Positions 1 through 13,035 of a stretch of DNA of 64,000 bases are shown piece by piece. Below the pieces are notes generated by a model. That model did not search any database and was not told the DNA's origin. It was given only the letters and a program-made list of their open reading frames with translations. Numbering within the stretch: the first letter of the stretch is position 1; the number at the start of each line of letters is the position of its first letter. A program made the translations under genes and the position numbers. Source of the DNA: Camelus ferus (taxonomy: Eukaryota); NCBI RefSeq assembly GCF_009834535.1, contig NC_045697.1, positions 106,642,001 to 106,706,000 on the forward strand, written 5' to 3'.

Positions 1-789
1 TGGTATACTGGGTCTGACTTTTGCTCCAGACTGAGTGTGTCCTGAGGTTAGGGGTCTTGGACATACAATAAATTCGTTAAATAATAAATAGCCCAGAAAA
101 TAATTTTACCTCCAAGTCTGTCGATTGTCAAGGGAAGTTTTGTAGGAGTTAAGTTTGGATAGGGTTGTTCCTGTATATTTGTGAAAATGTGTCTTTTGAA
201 AAATTGGATTATATTTCAGATAAATCAAAGATGATGTGCTAACTCGTCATTGTGGAGAGAATGACTCTTCTGCAGGACTTGCTTCTGTAAATCTGATTCT
301 TCTCTTCATCTCATGTCCTTAAAACAGGGGACTCAGACCTGCTATCCCACAGCTGCGTAATAAGCTCTTTCCAGAGGCAGTGGGAAGAGACGTTTCCACT
401 TGACGAATAAAGAATTCTAAAAGGCTGGGGGAAGAGAAGAGCTACTTGGAAGACACAGTGATACACTGGCAGTTGTGAGAAAAGATCAATATTCCATGAG
501 GCGTTAAACTATGGAAATGGATATTTTATGGTCCTGGGATATAAAATAGAGGAAACCAGATTCCCTTGAGCAGGGGTGATCAGACTGCTTTCTTCACTGT
601 AGGGAGGGCGGGGGAGTTGCTATGGGTGTGTACTGCCCGGCCAGGTCTCCTCCTCCTCACCCCGCCCCCCTGCCGTCCACGCTCCCCCACTTCTGTTTTT
701 ACCTCTTCTGTTGATAGAGTGAACCATTACCCTAAGGATTAGGGATACTTTTCTTCTCAGCATTATTACCATTTTTAAAGATGTTTTAC

Positions 790-1005
790 ATGCAGTCATT
801 GTGTGAGATATTGTATGTGTTTTGTCTCATTTAACCCTTGTTACACCTTGTGGAATGAGTCTGCATTGTCTTCCCCATTTCACAGCTGGGGAGGTTGAGA
901 CTCCGAGGGGATAAAGAAATTGTGCCCTTGCACCAGTCAGAAGAGGTGGGGCTGGACCCTGAGGCCTTTCTCCTTAGCCTTTGAATGTCTGTGTTCTTAA
1001 CTGCT
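790..1005 (-). mobile_element. MIR SINE (degenerate)
   Basis: tctcatttaaccc...ccccatttcacagctggggaggttgagact resembles the reverse-complemented MIR core. Confidence 0.65.
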
Positions 1006-1234
1006 GTTCTATCACCCGTGAGGCAACAGGGTCCATTCTGAACCCTGAGGTTTACGTTGGCTATAGATCAGCAACCTAGAGCTCCAGCATGGCCGCAGCC
1101 ATACCTGCTAGATGTTTCTATTTGGGAAATGCAGGTTGCGGTCATTCATCAGTCACTGTAGATGTAAAGACAGTTTTAGCACATCTGTGTATGGTTCCTG
1201 ACGTGAAATGCATTATCCTCTACACTGTGCATGG

Positions 1235-1345
1235 TAAGGTCTGTGCGGTCACATTCTGCAGACCTGCCTTGCCGGGCTTTGGTTTCCTCATCTGCACAGA
1301 GAAAGTCAGGTTCGGTGACTGCTAAGGCCCCCTCCCCTTTCAGGT
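1235..1345 (+). mobile_element. MIR-type SINE fragment
   Basis: ggtttcctcatctgcaca...ctaaggccccctcc. Confidence 0.5.
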
Positions 1346-2869
1346 TCAGTGATCTCAGGAGATGCTTCTGGGAATGGGAAAGGGAAAGGATCTGTCTGTC
1401 TCCATGTCTGTCTTTAAGAACCGGCCAGGTTTTGTGATCAGATGTGGTTCCTCAGGTTTAGATGGAGTTCTTAGAATCCTCAGTAATCTATAGGAGGGTC
1501 TTCCCCATAGAATGTTCTCAGGAAAAAGAAAATTACAAGCCCCATGAGGGCTGGGACCACCGTCATCTTGTTCATGCCCTTATCCCATCAACCAGTACTT
1601 CTGTCAAGTGACGTTGATGATTAATTTTACTTTTGTGCCATAAATAAGGTATTTTGATAGGTGGGAGTAGGTGGGTATTGGTGTCTAAAAAATATCATTC
1701 TTAGTTAAGACAGCCAGCTGGACAATGGGGTAGATTTGCGGAAGTAGAATAAGTTCACGCAAAAGCCAAATGTTCCTTGCCCCTTCATGTTTCAGTTTTG
1801 AAATAAGTTTTTATTCAAGAGAAAAGATGCAGTATATTTACATGCTAACAACTTATCAATTTCACTCATGTCTGAGATGCCTGACTGAAGTTTTCTCTTG
1901 AGACATCTTTCGTAACCAAATTCTTGTACCTTTATTTTGAACGTGTGTGTTTAAATCTCGGGATTATTCTAAGCCCCCTAATGTCTTCAGCGTCTGCTTT
2001 GAGTTAGTTCTCTGACATGGCTAAGACTTAGTTTTGTTGATCTTTAGCATTTATTCTTATTTTAAGCTTTATCTTTAGAAATTTTATCTCATATATAGTT
2101 TAAATAAAATCTACATACCTTTTGAATTCTGAGTTGGAAATATAGCTTAAAGCTATAATTTAGGTGAATATGCTTTCACTCATTAAGACGTGCTGCAATT
2201 TTTATTCTAATCCAGGGTATTTTATCATATTTGCCATATCTCCTGCAGCCAAAAGCAGTACACTAGCTGTACTGTAATTTGTTGGATGCTGCTGTCTTAG
2301 AGACTGAAGGAATGGGAAAATACTGATTTGTGAGATCAACTTTAGTACTTTTGATCACATTATAACATTTACTAACATCTCGATGTAAATAAAATAATCT
2401 ATAGTTACGACCTACTGTGGTACCTTTTATTTATATGTTGGCTAAATTATAACCAATTGCAACTAAAATATATCACAGTAGAAATTTAAAAATATTGTCA
2501 TTGATTTATTTCTTCCTTTATTATGTATGTTTTACAAACTTCAGATTATTTTGCTCATTTCAAAGTAATAGCCATCTGATAATTTCCTAAAGGCTGTGAT
2601 TAATGCTCTCTTCCCCAGTATCCTTGCCAGTCATCTTGTTCTCTTAACCGTATTTTACCTCATTTGCTAAGGAGTCAAGAAAAGAAAAAAGGAGTTATGG
2701 AAACTTACTACTGGTAATACTCAAGTTTGTTAAGCCTCTGTCTGTGAGAGAAGGAACTTAAGAAGTAACTCAAAGTAAACTCATCTCTTCTTAGTTTAGA
2801 GGTCAAGGCCAGTAGCTGGAAGGTTCCACATGAACCTTACAATGCATATGAAACACTTAGCAGAGTCCT

Positions 2870-3060
2870 AGCATGAAGGGGCTCTTTGATAAGTGGTGGT
2901 CATCTTCAAGTGGTTTGGTCTTAAACCAAAATGTGTGTCCTTGTGACTCGCCCCCTGTAATTCTAGAGCAACCATTTGGAGCTCCATGGTGGCCCTTCAG
3001 ACATTTAAGACAGGGGTCATGATTTCCTCTACTCTTTCCACTTCTCACCCATCCCCTAAA
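2870..3060 (-). mobile_element. CR1/L3 LINE 3' fragment
   Basis: Reverse complement reads aaatgtctgaagggccaccatgg...ttacagggggc...ttttggttt, like the L3 3' region. Confidence 0.45.
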
Positions 3061-4828
3061 CATCACCACTTTTTTGGACAAACATCTGGTTTCTGAATCC
3101 TTCATCTCTTGTACTGAATCTTTTCGAGCTGTTTTCATGATCAGTCACTTGCTTAGAAATGGGACCAAGTCTTCCTCTTAGACTCACAGTGAGTTTTAAG
3201 GGACAAGGGAGGAAGGTGTTAAGCAAAGGTCTCCAGAAGCTGGGGAAACTCTGAAGGGAGATTTTACCTCTACTCAGATATGATTCGATTGAAGGACTGG
3301 CCCTATATATCCATTATTCCCCAGTTTACTTACAAATATTGTTAGATGGGCACGTTTTGGTTTGAAGATCTCTTAATATCATTAAAATTGCAGTGTTTCT
3401 CAAACTTTTGTAATGTTTGGGATAATTAAAATTGAAAAACAGTGTAAAAACCTAACAGCCAAGTTGCAGAAGCCCAGCACTGCCTTAATCACCTTGAATG
3501 CACTGTAGCTTAAATATAAAAGTAGTTGTACTTATGCACATAGGTCTTACACACCAATATAACCCAAACAAATTGATAACCTAAAAACCAACAAAACTGT
3601 ATAACCAATAAAAATGTAGAATAGCAACATAAAGCTGCAGATTCTATTGCTCTAACTGAATTGTTCCCAGTGTGGCCGCAGTGCTGAAGGCTGAGTTCGG
3701 TGTGCTGTATTTCAGAATGCCGTGTAGTGAGTCAGCTTTCTCCTCATTAAAGCCCAGCAAAGTCATGCCACTTGATGCAGAAGGAGTTGAGGCTGTGGAC
3801 ACAGAGTGGCCTGGCTGTGCTTGATTTAGAAGTTAGCCATTCACATGTTCCAGAATAGGATGGTAAAAACATTTTAAGTCTTATCAAAATGAGCAGAATT
3901 AAAAACTGTCATGATGAACTCTTGTAGATTGTTGGCTCAGGTTTGAGGAGCAAGAAACAGAGTGGATCTGATCTCCAGGTTCCACCCTACCAGGAGATGA
4001 GAGAGGATTTTTTTTTTTCCCAGTGGAAAAACTTTCGGTTAGTGAGTAGCATTTTTGGTTTTACTTTTACATAATTTCTTCGGTTTTAACTCCTCCTAAA
4101 TATCAATTCTGAAGCATGGCCGTACTTCTTCCTAGACGTTCAAATGTTTGATGGAGCTTTTCTACCCTTTCTCAGCAGAAGGTATCGCAGCTGGTACCAC
4201 TGGATGCGACTTCAGGAGGCAAGTTGTTTTCAGCCACTTGCCTTCAGATATGCTGAAGGAGCACCAATCATAGAGACGAAAGATCTCATTTTGTCCTCAG
4301 CCCTGCCCTGCAGGAAAGGCTGTTCTATTCATTCTGTGAATGTGGCAGCAATTCACACCAGATGAGCACAGACTGGGCACAGCATCCAGGCGAGAGCAGG
4401 GTACTTTGTGTTGTTCTGCTGGTTCCCGTAAGGTTAGATTCTGGGCACTGTACGATTTGGGTAGAAAACCCAATTAAGTTGTTTGCCGCAACAGAGCAGT
4501 AAATCAGTCTGACTTTTCCTTACCTTGTATTTTTCTTAACCAGCTGGGTGTGGGAACTTGTCTTCGATGTGCTTTAGGTGGAGATGTGCACATTGTAATC
4601 CACCCAGCAGGACAGTCTCACAAACGTATTGATTCAGTACAGCAAGCCATCTCATAGGTGCAGCATTCCCAAATTTATTTTCCTTGGTAACATTCCTTTG
4701 GAAGTAATTTTTTTCCTCAATTTTAGAAGTTAGGAAACAGTTTAGGTTTCTAAGATTTTTGCTGATGTTAGACATAAAGTGTCAGCCATGCTTTCTTTTC
4801 TTTCCTCTTTTTCCTCTTCTGTGTAACC

Positions 4829-4831
<3 letters not shown>

Positions 4832-4861
<30 letters not shown>
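4832..4861. repeat. (TG)15 microsatellite
   Basis: Direct read. Confidence 0.95.
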
Positions 4862-4862
<1 letters not shown>

Positions 4863-5639
4863 TGTGGGAGGGGCTTTTCTTTAAGCTTGAAGAGTCCTTG
4901 CACTTTAGGCTTGTAAACAAGTTTTCTTTTTCATCATAAAGTTCAGTGCTTGCTTCTACTCCAAGAGTTAGGTATGGTCTCAATGTCCCAATTTTGTATA
5001 ACTGATTTTCTGCCATGAATGTCAAAAATCGTACATAATTACAAGATAATTAGTAGTGTCAGGAAGTTAATGTAAATATTTTAAGAAACCAATGAGAGAC
5101 TTTTGTAGGAATTGATAGAAAAGTAGGCTAACGCATAGAAACGTGGAATTTCCCACTGCATAAGTTTGCATTTAGCTACTTGTAATTTCTAACAGTAAAC
5201 TGACATCTTCAACATTGAGAGGTTACTGTGAGTTAGCTAATAAAATATAATTTATATATAATACACACAACCCTATATTTGTAAAGATACATACACATGT
5301 GTTCCATTGATTAAAAGACACATTGCATTTATTTTACTACAGTGCTGTGGACCTTTGATGTTTTGATGGTCTGAAGTGAAAAAAAATCTGTTGGTGGGTA
5401 TGAGGCAGCCCTCAAAGCCCGCTTGTTTTGCTATGTGCCTTACATTGCCTCCTGATGGACTGTTATGACCGAAGAGGGTCTCAGACCACACACGACATCC
5501 TTTAGGAACCGGTCGCTGCACCTTTCACGGTCATTCAGCATGAACACCTACACTGTGCAAATGTTTTACTTAGAAGTGATGCAGACCCAAACCACGAGGC
5601 ATAAGATTTGTTTTGGAAATATGCATTTTTGTCGTTACT

Positions 5640-5750
5640 TTGGCAAACGAGTTTTGAGTGCCTGCTGTATACCAGGTGCTGTGCTAGATGTGGGTGGTGT
5701 GAACACGGCACTTCCAGTGTTTTCAGGGAGCTTCCAGTCTGGGCAGTAGT
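5640..5750 (-). mobile_element. L2 3' fragment
   Basis: ttgagtgcctgctgtataccaggtgctgtgctag...gggagcttccagtct. Confidence 0.55.
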
Positions 5751-6004
5751 TTGTAACCAGAGATTGTTTTCAGAGTCACCTGTGAAATCAGGAAACAATA
5801 CCCCCATGTTCTGGTCCCACTGTCGGGAGATTCTGATTCAGTTGAACGTGGTGAGGCCTGGGCATCTGTCCTCCTACAACAAAATCTCCTGACTGAAAAA
5901 CATTCTCCTCTAAGAATCACCAGAAGAGACAAGAAATAAACGATTTTGAGAAATTAGCACATTGTAGGCGCAGGATACAACAGGTACACTGAAGAGTGAC
6001 ATAA

Positions 6005-6700
6005 TTTTTTAAACTTTATTTTTAAATTCTGAAATGTATATCTACAGAAAGTTCATAAAACATGTACAGCCCATGAGTTATTATGAAGTGAGCACCCCTG
6101 TGACTACCAGCCCTATCAAGAAATAGAGTATTGCCAGCAACCGAGAAGCTCATCCTGTGTCCCTTCCTGGCTCTTCTCAAGGTGACAATAGCCTGACTTG
6201 CTTTCCTTTATATTTTTACCACCAATGAAGGCATCCCTAATCAGTATAGTTTAATTTTATCTGTACTGAACTCTAAAGAGATTAAGTCCTACTGCATGTA
6301 TGCTTTTGTCATCTTTTGCTCCCCGTGATTTGTAAAATGCATCCCGGTTGTTGTGCACAGCATGTTTGTTCATTTTCCTTACTGTGCGGCAGCAGTGCAT
6401 CATGTGAACACGCCACATCTGTGCAGTATTCTCTTGTTGATGGGTATGTGGATTGATTCTCATGTTAAGCTGCTGAGCAGTACTTCCGTGAACATATGTT
6501 TGTGAGTGTATGTTCTGGTGCCCATGTCCCTCCGTTTCTCCAAGGCACTTTCCTGGGGTGGAAGCATATATGATGTATATGTTGTCAGCTTTTCACTAGG
6601 TAATGCCCACCTGTTTTTCCTAAGTGACTGGACCAATTTAAAATATATGGAAGTTCCAGCAATGTATCAAAAGTTCCTGTTGCTTTACCTCCTTGCCAGG
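6005..6700 (-). mobile_element. Old L1 (L1ME-like) 3' end
   Basis: T-rich start; atcaagaaatagagtattgccagcaacc; catcccggttgttgtg; gactggaccaattta. Confidence 0.7.
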
Positions 6701-6719
6701 GGTGATTAATCTTGACTGG

Positions 6720-8100
6720 GCAGTAAAGATGAGGTAAGGAGAGAGGAGGAGGAAGGCTATTTCAAGTATAAGAAGGAACGAGAATAAGAGGGTGTGATGA
6801 GTTTGGGAGGAAATTGCAAATATGCTGATATGACACTAACTTAGGAACCTCTGGGAAAGTGGCAGGAGAGGAGATGGAATATGTAATGTGCTGGGGAGTG
6901 TGGCCTTTATTCTGAAGGCAGCGAAGCAGGCAAAAGACATCAGATCTACATTTTTAAAAACTTGCATGACAGCTGTGTGGAGGGGGCGAGGCCCGGCGTA
7001 GGCAGCTCAATTCCTCTCATCCGGGGAGAAATGAGAGAAGGCAGGGCTGAAGGGGCTGGGTTCCAGAGGTGCTTAGACCAAAGTCAACAGTTTTGCCAGT
7101 TCTGTTGAATGTGGGGAAAGAGAAGAGAGACAGGAGTCTTGGTTTTTGCCTGGGTGACTGTATAGGTGGTGATTTCATTCAGTTAGGTGGGGGATTGCTG
7201 AAGAGGAGAGTTGAAGGCTGGTCTGGGGGCGAGGGGGAAGGGCAGGGCAGTAAAGTGAAGTTAGTTTTAGACCTGTGGGATGTGAAATATCCATAGATTC
7301 TCTAATAGAGATGTTCTGGAAGTGGTTTGAACTCAAAGAAAGGACTAGGCTGGAGGTGTCATCATAGTCTGGGTGGTGGTTGAAGCCGTGGGTGGGTGGA
7401 TGCGGCTGCCCATGAAGAGTCAAAGGAGGATGATGATGGGGGAGGAGGGAGTGAAGAAAGGGACCCTGAAAAGCAGACCAAGAAGGGGCAACCAGAGAAG
7501 TTAAGAGGTAAGCTGAAAGAAATCAGATCGTGGAAGCTAAGGAAGGAAAGGATTTGTGGGAAGAGAATCTTGGCTGGTGCCCAGTGCCCTCAGAAGACAC
7601 TAAGTGAAGTGACAGGATGTGCTTTGCGTTTGGCAGTCAGGAGGGACATGCTCGGGCATCAGAGTGTTTCAGCCAGGGGAGTGCAGGGAGCGAAGGTGAT
7701 GCCGCAGTGGCTTAGGACGAAGAGTGGGTGAGGAAATGGAAAAAAACAGACGAGGAGGCTCCCTAACTTGGCAGTGAATGCACGCCGAAAGCACATTAGG
7801 TAGAGTGGAACAAGGAGTGAAGGAGGGGATTGTGTGTGTGAAGGTAAGACACTTGTACATAACCCTGTAGAGGGCTGTGTAGCTGAACATAGGAGAGGAG
7901 AAGAGTGTCCCCAGAACTCAGCATGAGGAGGGACCTGGCATTGACTAGGGGGAGGGACCTGGCATTGACTAGGGGGAGGGTACCCTTGTCAGCGAAAAGG
8001 GAGAGGAGGTGAGGAAGCTGGCACAGACTGAAATACATCTGTAGGGATGAAGGTTTTCAGAGAACAAGAAATTGGGAGAATTCCTAGCTTTTAATAGCCT
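6720..8100 (-). mobile_element. L2 LINE (degenerate)
   Basis: Purine-rich tract with L2 motifs: ctttattctgaaggcag, ggtttttgcctgggtgact, ttagttttagacctgtgggatgtga, tggtggttgaagccgtggg. Confidence 0.65.
7927..7980. repeat. Perfect tandem duplication of a 24-bp unit (ggagggacctggcattgactaggg x2 plus partial)
   Basis: Direct read: 7927-7950, 7951-7974, then ggaggg. Confidence 0.95.
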
Positions 8101-8410
8101 CTTGCCTCTTAAACAGGAGGCAGTTCATTTGGTTGAGTAAGGACAAAAATTAATGGGTAACAAGTACCCAGACTGTATGACACAGTTGTAGACACTTAGT
8201 TTGTCCATCTGCTACATAGGAAGTAACGCAGAATGTCTTGAACAGATGTCGGTGGTAAGAAGCCAAAGCGATGCTGCTGGAGAGAGTCCAAGGAAGTGGA
8301 CAGACTTTCTATTCCGTACTGTGTTTGAGAACAGTTGAGGTGCATAACCACTTCATGCTTCTCTCCAGCCTCCTTCTATATAGAAAACGAATCCCCTTTA
8401 AAAAAAAAAA

Positions 8411-8830
8411 AGATTATTGGAGTATAGTTGACTCACAGTATTTTTTTCATTTAATTTTTAAAAATATTTTTACTGAAGTATAGTCATTTTACAATGTTGT
8501 GTCAGTTTCTGGTGTACAGCACAATACTTCAGTCATAGAGAAACATACGTATAATAATTTTCATATTCTTTTTAACCATAAGTTACTACAAGATATTGAA
8601 TATAGTTCTCTGTGTTATACAATATAAACTTGTTTATCTGATTGACTAACAGTGTTAGTTTCAGATGCATGACAGTGATTTGATATTTTTATAGATTACA
8701 CACCATACAAAGTTATCATAAAATATTGACTATATTCTGTACGACTTATTTTATAACTTGTAGTTTGTAACTCTTAATCCTCTTCGCCCATTTGCCCCCC
8801 CCCACTGCCCTCCCCTCTGGTTTGTTCTCT
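8411..8830 (-). mobile_element. L1 3' end interrupted by a younger L1 3' fragment (about 8440-8641)
   Basis: Two gaagtatagt-type L1 termini; near-identical 12-mers ttgactcacagt (8428-8439) and ttgactaacagt (8642-8653) flank the inner piece. Confidence 0.75.
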
Positions 8831-8969
8831 GTAATACACATCCTTTTCTGTATAGTATTCTATAACTATAGATCATAACTTCCAAAATGATTTCCCACCA
8901 ATGTCTTATGGTCGAAGAACTGTTATTAGAAACACACACAGAGAGAAGTGAATATGTATGTGTGTGCAC

Positions 8970-9482
8970 GTGTATCTCAACTGCCTTCAGCCAGAGACCA
9001 CCAAGAGCAGACCTAGAGCTGGACAGGCTGAGTTTACCCCTCCCTGCAGCAGGGACGCATGGTTGTTAGAGGATGCCTCAGGGCATCTGGTAAGAGGGTG
9101 TCAGAGCTATCAGAGGAGTGGGACTTTGTTTGGATAATTTCAAGGAGGCTCTAAGGAAGCAGGGACTCATTCTGTATTGGGTGCTGTCAGAGGAGGACAA
9201 TTCTGTGATTGAGTATCTCATTAAATCTTATTCACAGGGAGGGCAGACCAGAGTGAGGAAAAATCTGTAATTGGTAAAGTGGCAGCCACTCATTGAAGGA
9301 GTTTGTTTTTGTCACTTGATCATAGTCTCAGAGTGACTTCATTTGCTATAGATATTCTATGAGATGATATCCAGAGAAGAACACAGATCTGACTGTGAGC
9401 ATCAGACCAGCTTGTAGTGGCATCAGGATCTAGCTGTGAATGTCAGATCAATTTGGGACCTCGGGGACTGCTTTATTTTTCA
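8970..9482 (-). mobile_element. Old LTR (ERVL class, MER77-like) solo element
   Basis: Begins tgtatc and ends ggggactgctttatttttca; internal ctagctgtgaatgtcag resembles the recalled consensus. Confidence 0.5.
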
Positions 9483-10146
9483 TGTATCCATATATGATGT
9501 TTATATAGATACATATGGTTGTATCTTTAACTCTCATTTTTAAATGAGATGTTTATTCCTTTCCTTGTTCTGGTGGGTGCAGTTTTAATGAGTATTGGTA
9601 AGAGTTTAAAAAATTCTCTCATCACGTAGTATTTCATCAATATATCAAGACTCATGACTTCAGGATATACTTTTTCAGCTGTCTCAGTAGCAGAAAATGC
9701 ATTACCATTCAGGAAACCTGTTCTCTCTCTGGGGAGTGAGCAGAGAACAGAAGACTCTTGCATTGATCCAGGTGGAAGTGGGTGCCATTGAGGGCAGAGA
9801 GGAGGGGCAGTTTTAGGAAAACTTGGAAGATGGAGTGGACAGAACGTGAGACCAGAGCGTGGTGTGTAGGGAAGCCGCCAGGAGGGTGAGGGGTGACGGT
9901 TCCTAGCTGAGGCGTGTGAGTAGGAAGTGATGCTCCTCACCAGGGCTGGGGGGAGAAGTGACAAGTTGGCAGGTGGGGAATAAATCTTAAACAAGAATCC
10001 CTACAGTGAATGAATCTGGTTGGGGAGAGACTAACTGCTCCCAGTCAATCTTGTAGGTGCCGAGTGTCTAACAAAAAATAAGAATTTATTGATTGATTAA
10101 CAGCAAGAGCTGTAACTGCCTAAGGAACCCAAACCTTAACTTGTTT

Positions 10147-10579
10147 GTTTGTTTGTTTTGTTAATGTTTTTTATTGATTTAAAATCATTTTACAATGCTG
10201 TATCAAATTCCAGTGTAGAGCACAATTTTTCAGTTATACAATGAACATATATATATATATTGTCACATTTTTTTCTCCATGAGCTACCATAAGATTTTGT
10301 ATATATTTCCCTGTGCTATACTGTATAATCTTGTTTATCTATTCTACAATTTTGAAATCCCAGTCTATCCCTTCCCTCCCTCCGCCCCCCTGGCCACCAC
10401 AATCTTGTATTCTATGTCTATGAGTCTATTTCTGTTTTGTATTTATGCTTTGTTTGTGTTTTGTTTTTTTCAGATTCCACATATAAGTGATCTCATACGG
10501 TATTTTTCTTTCTCTTTCTGGCTTACTTCACTTAGAATGACATTCTCCAGGAGCATCCATGTTTCTGCAAATGGCATTA
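10147..10579 (-). mobile_element. Young lineage-specific L1 3' end, 5'-truncated, with 11-bp TSD
   Basis: tttattgatttaaaatcattttacaatg...ggagcatccatgtttctgcaaatggcatta; TSD ttaacttgttt at 10136-10146 and 10589-10599; similar to the copy at 58241. Confidence 0.9.
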
Positions 10580-11956
10580 GGGTTAGGGTTAACTTGTTTC
10601 ATCAGCATATTCTCTCCATGTAGACAAATCCATGTAAATAACAAAATCTTAATCAGGAGATTGTTTGATGGTGGGGGTAGGGCGACAGTGCAGCACGAGA
10701 AGCTGGCCCTGGGGTCTTGGTGACTCCTGTTACCATGGTCTGACATCTGTACTGTATGGATTTATGTGCCCAGTGTACAGAAACACAGGTCTGACCTCAG
10801 AACCATGTCTTGAAACTTTGTGCTGAAATGTTGAGTGCCAAGGATGCCAAGGTGGGTCTCACGTCATGTCAGCACCTAGCACGTGAGCTGACGCATAGTA
10901 GGGACTCAGTGCAGGCTGTGAGGTGGGAGTCTGGGCTTAACAGAAGAGTACTCTGTTAGTACTTAACTAGCATTTGTGTCTGCTTTAGGTGCAGGAAAGG
11001 GTGAGGCTCTGTCAAGCAGGCACTTGCCAGCCCTGGTTCAAAACTTCCCATGTTTATTATAGGACTGATCTACAAGGTTTTAATGAAAGCATTATTATGA
11101 AGAGAGGAAGGGAGTTAAAGTTTTTCTGTAACCACATGCAAACAAATGAAAAGAGAGGCTTCCTCTGCCTGTTTTCGTTCTGACATGCTGAACCCATGTA
11201 AAGAGGCAAAATACAGACAAATGTAAAAGGCAGCTCTCCTGGCTGATCTGCCACTTTTGCAGGGACGGGGTTGGTCCAGGTAACCTGATGTATTAAATTT
11301 GCTCTTGTATTGCCATTGTCATTTCTCATTATATTGGAAAAGGCTTTCCCCCAGCTGACTCTCCCTGGCCTTAAAAAAAAAAAGTTTACTTGTTGCTGAG
11401 ATTCCATGTTTATCTTCCATGTTAAAATTTTGGATCAAAACACACAGTGGGATTTTTAGCATAGGTAATAATAGTAAGAGCTTTTCAACGTGAGAGTGGT
11501 TTTCTCTATACAATTAAAGCAAAATCATGATGATTTATTTTAGCTCATTAATACATGCATGCGATGTGTAGTTCTGTTTTGTGAAGTTTATACATACTTT
11601 TAAAATTACATGCCATTTTCCCAGATGATTACACTGTGAAAAACTCTGTGTACAGAACTGAATAATCTCTAACTGAATAGTGATGGTTGGGCTAGATTTC
11701 ACATTACTGACGTAGAGGCAGCATTAAAGCCTGTGACTGGCTCCCTACATTGCTTGGGAATGTTACACCTTTAAACAGAAGATACCACTCCTCTTTTCAG
11801 ATCCTTCTTATGTGTCTGACCCATTACTGAATTGTCCATGTGCCTTTGGGAGTCTTTAAGTTCTCCATTAATCAGGATTTCAAGAATAGCCTGATAATAG
11901 TTAAATATAATATTTGTATTAACAGGCTTTTCTCAAGAATTCCCTTTCACTATGTT

Positions 11957-11958
<2 letters not shown>

Positions 11959-11991
<33 letters not shown>
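11959..11991. repeat. Poly(T) tract
   Basis: Direct read. Confidence 0.9.
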
Positions 11992-11994
<3 letters not shown>

Positions 11995-13035
11995 TTTAGC
12001 ATTTAAGGCTTGTACCGTATACTGTATTAAGAAGGAGGCCATTATACTGAATATATGAAAAAATAATGGATTCTTTTTGAGTTACAAGATACCTTAGAGA
12101 AAATCTTAGAGTGCAGCTCCTTTATCTTCTATGCCAGAAAGTTGAGACTCAAAGAATTGGGTGACGTCTGAGTTTCCTGAAAGAAAAATCGTGATTTTTT
12201 TTCGACATATATTTATGAAAATTATTATTTTTCAACATATACTTTTAGAACTTAATGAACATTGAATCATTTAACCAATTGACAAATAGTATAGTTTTTA
12301 TGTTTAGTAAAAATTAAGAAGGCTACATGAGTAATGAACACATCACTTTACTTAATATCCTTCCCCATATAAGCCATTATAGAAGAGACTGTCTAATTAT
12401 TTTAAATTCACATTTTTCAATTAGGAAGAAACAATGCTTGAGGTTTGTTTCTTTGAGCTGTCAAAACTCTTCCTTCGTTTTTGCAGTGCTTCAGTAATTT
12501 TGTACATGATCATGTAACTGAATAGAATTTAGTCAGCTATGTGAATTTTGTAGTGATTTTTCTTTGATTAGGACTGAAATGTCTAGTTGGAAAGAGGAGA
12601 AAATGTTTTATTTCTTTATATGAATAAATTATTTTGTGATAGAGTTACTTCTCCCAGAATGAGACAGTAACAATTAAATTACTTAATGGACTTTCGGAAC
12701 TAGGGAGTGCCTCGGAATTCACCTGGTTCAACAGCTCCAACTTGACAGACGATGATGTACAGAAGCAAAATGCAGGGGGCTTATCCAGGGTGACATTTGA
12801 TCAGAATAAAACCCAGATTCTCTCTAGTTCCTTTGACCAGTGCATTTCACTCTGTAATGCATGCTATTCTCTCAAAACTAACCTGGATGCTATTAAAAGA
12901 ACGGGGTGTGGGAAGAATGCCAAACCTGTTAAGTTTAGGAGTTTGCTCATTGGTTTCCAGCATTTGTGCTTCATACCGAATGCCCCTGTGGTGGGGGTAA
13001 TAACCATGCTGATAAAACTGGTTTTTGCTTTTTAG

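Larger units (their letters stand above)
1..13035 (+). other. DCLK2: DCLK2 intron 1 (3' part)
   Basis: Upstream of the exon acceptor; no other DCX-like coding sequence seen. Confidence 0.8.

Noticed and set aside
7396..7731. Charged, low-complexity 111-aa ORF
   Set aside because: Arises from purine-rich antisense L2 sequence.
9527..9994. 155-aa minus-strand ORF
   Set aside because: Non-ATG start, no recognisable domain, composition-driven.
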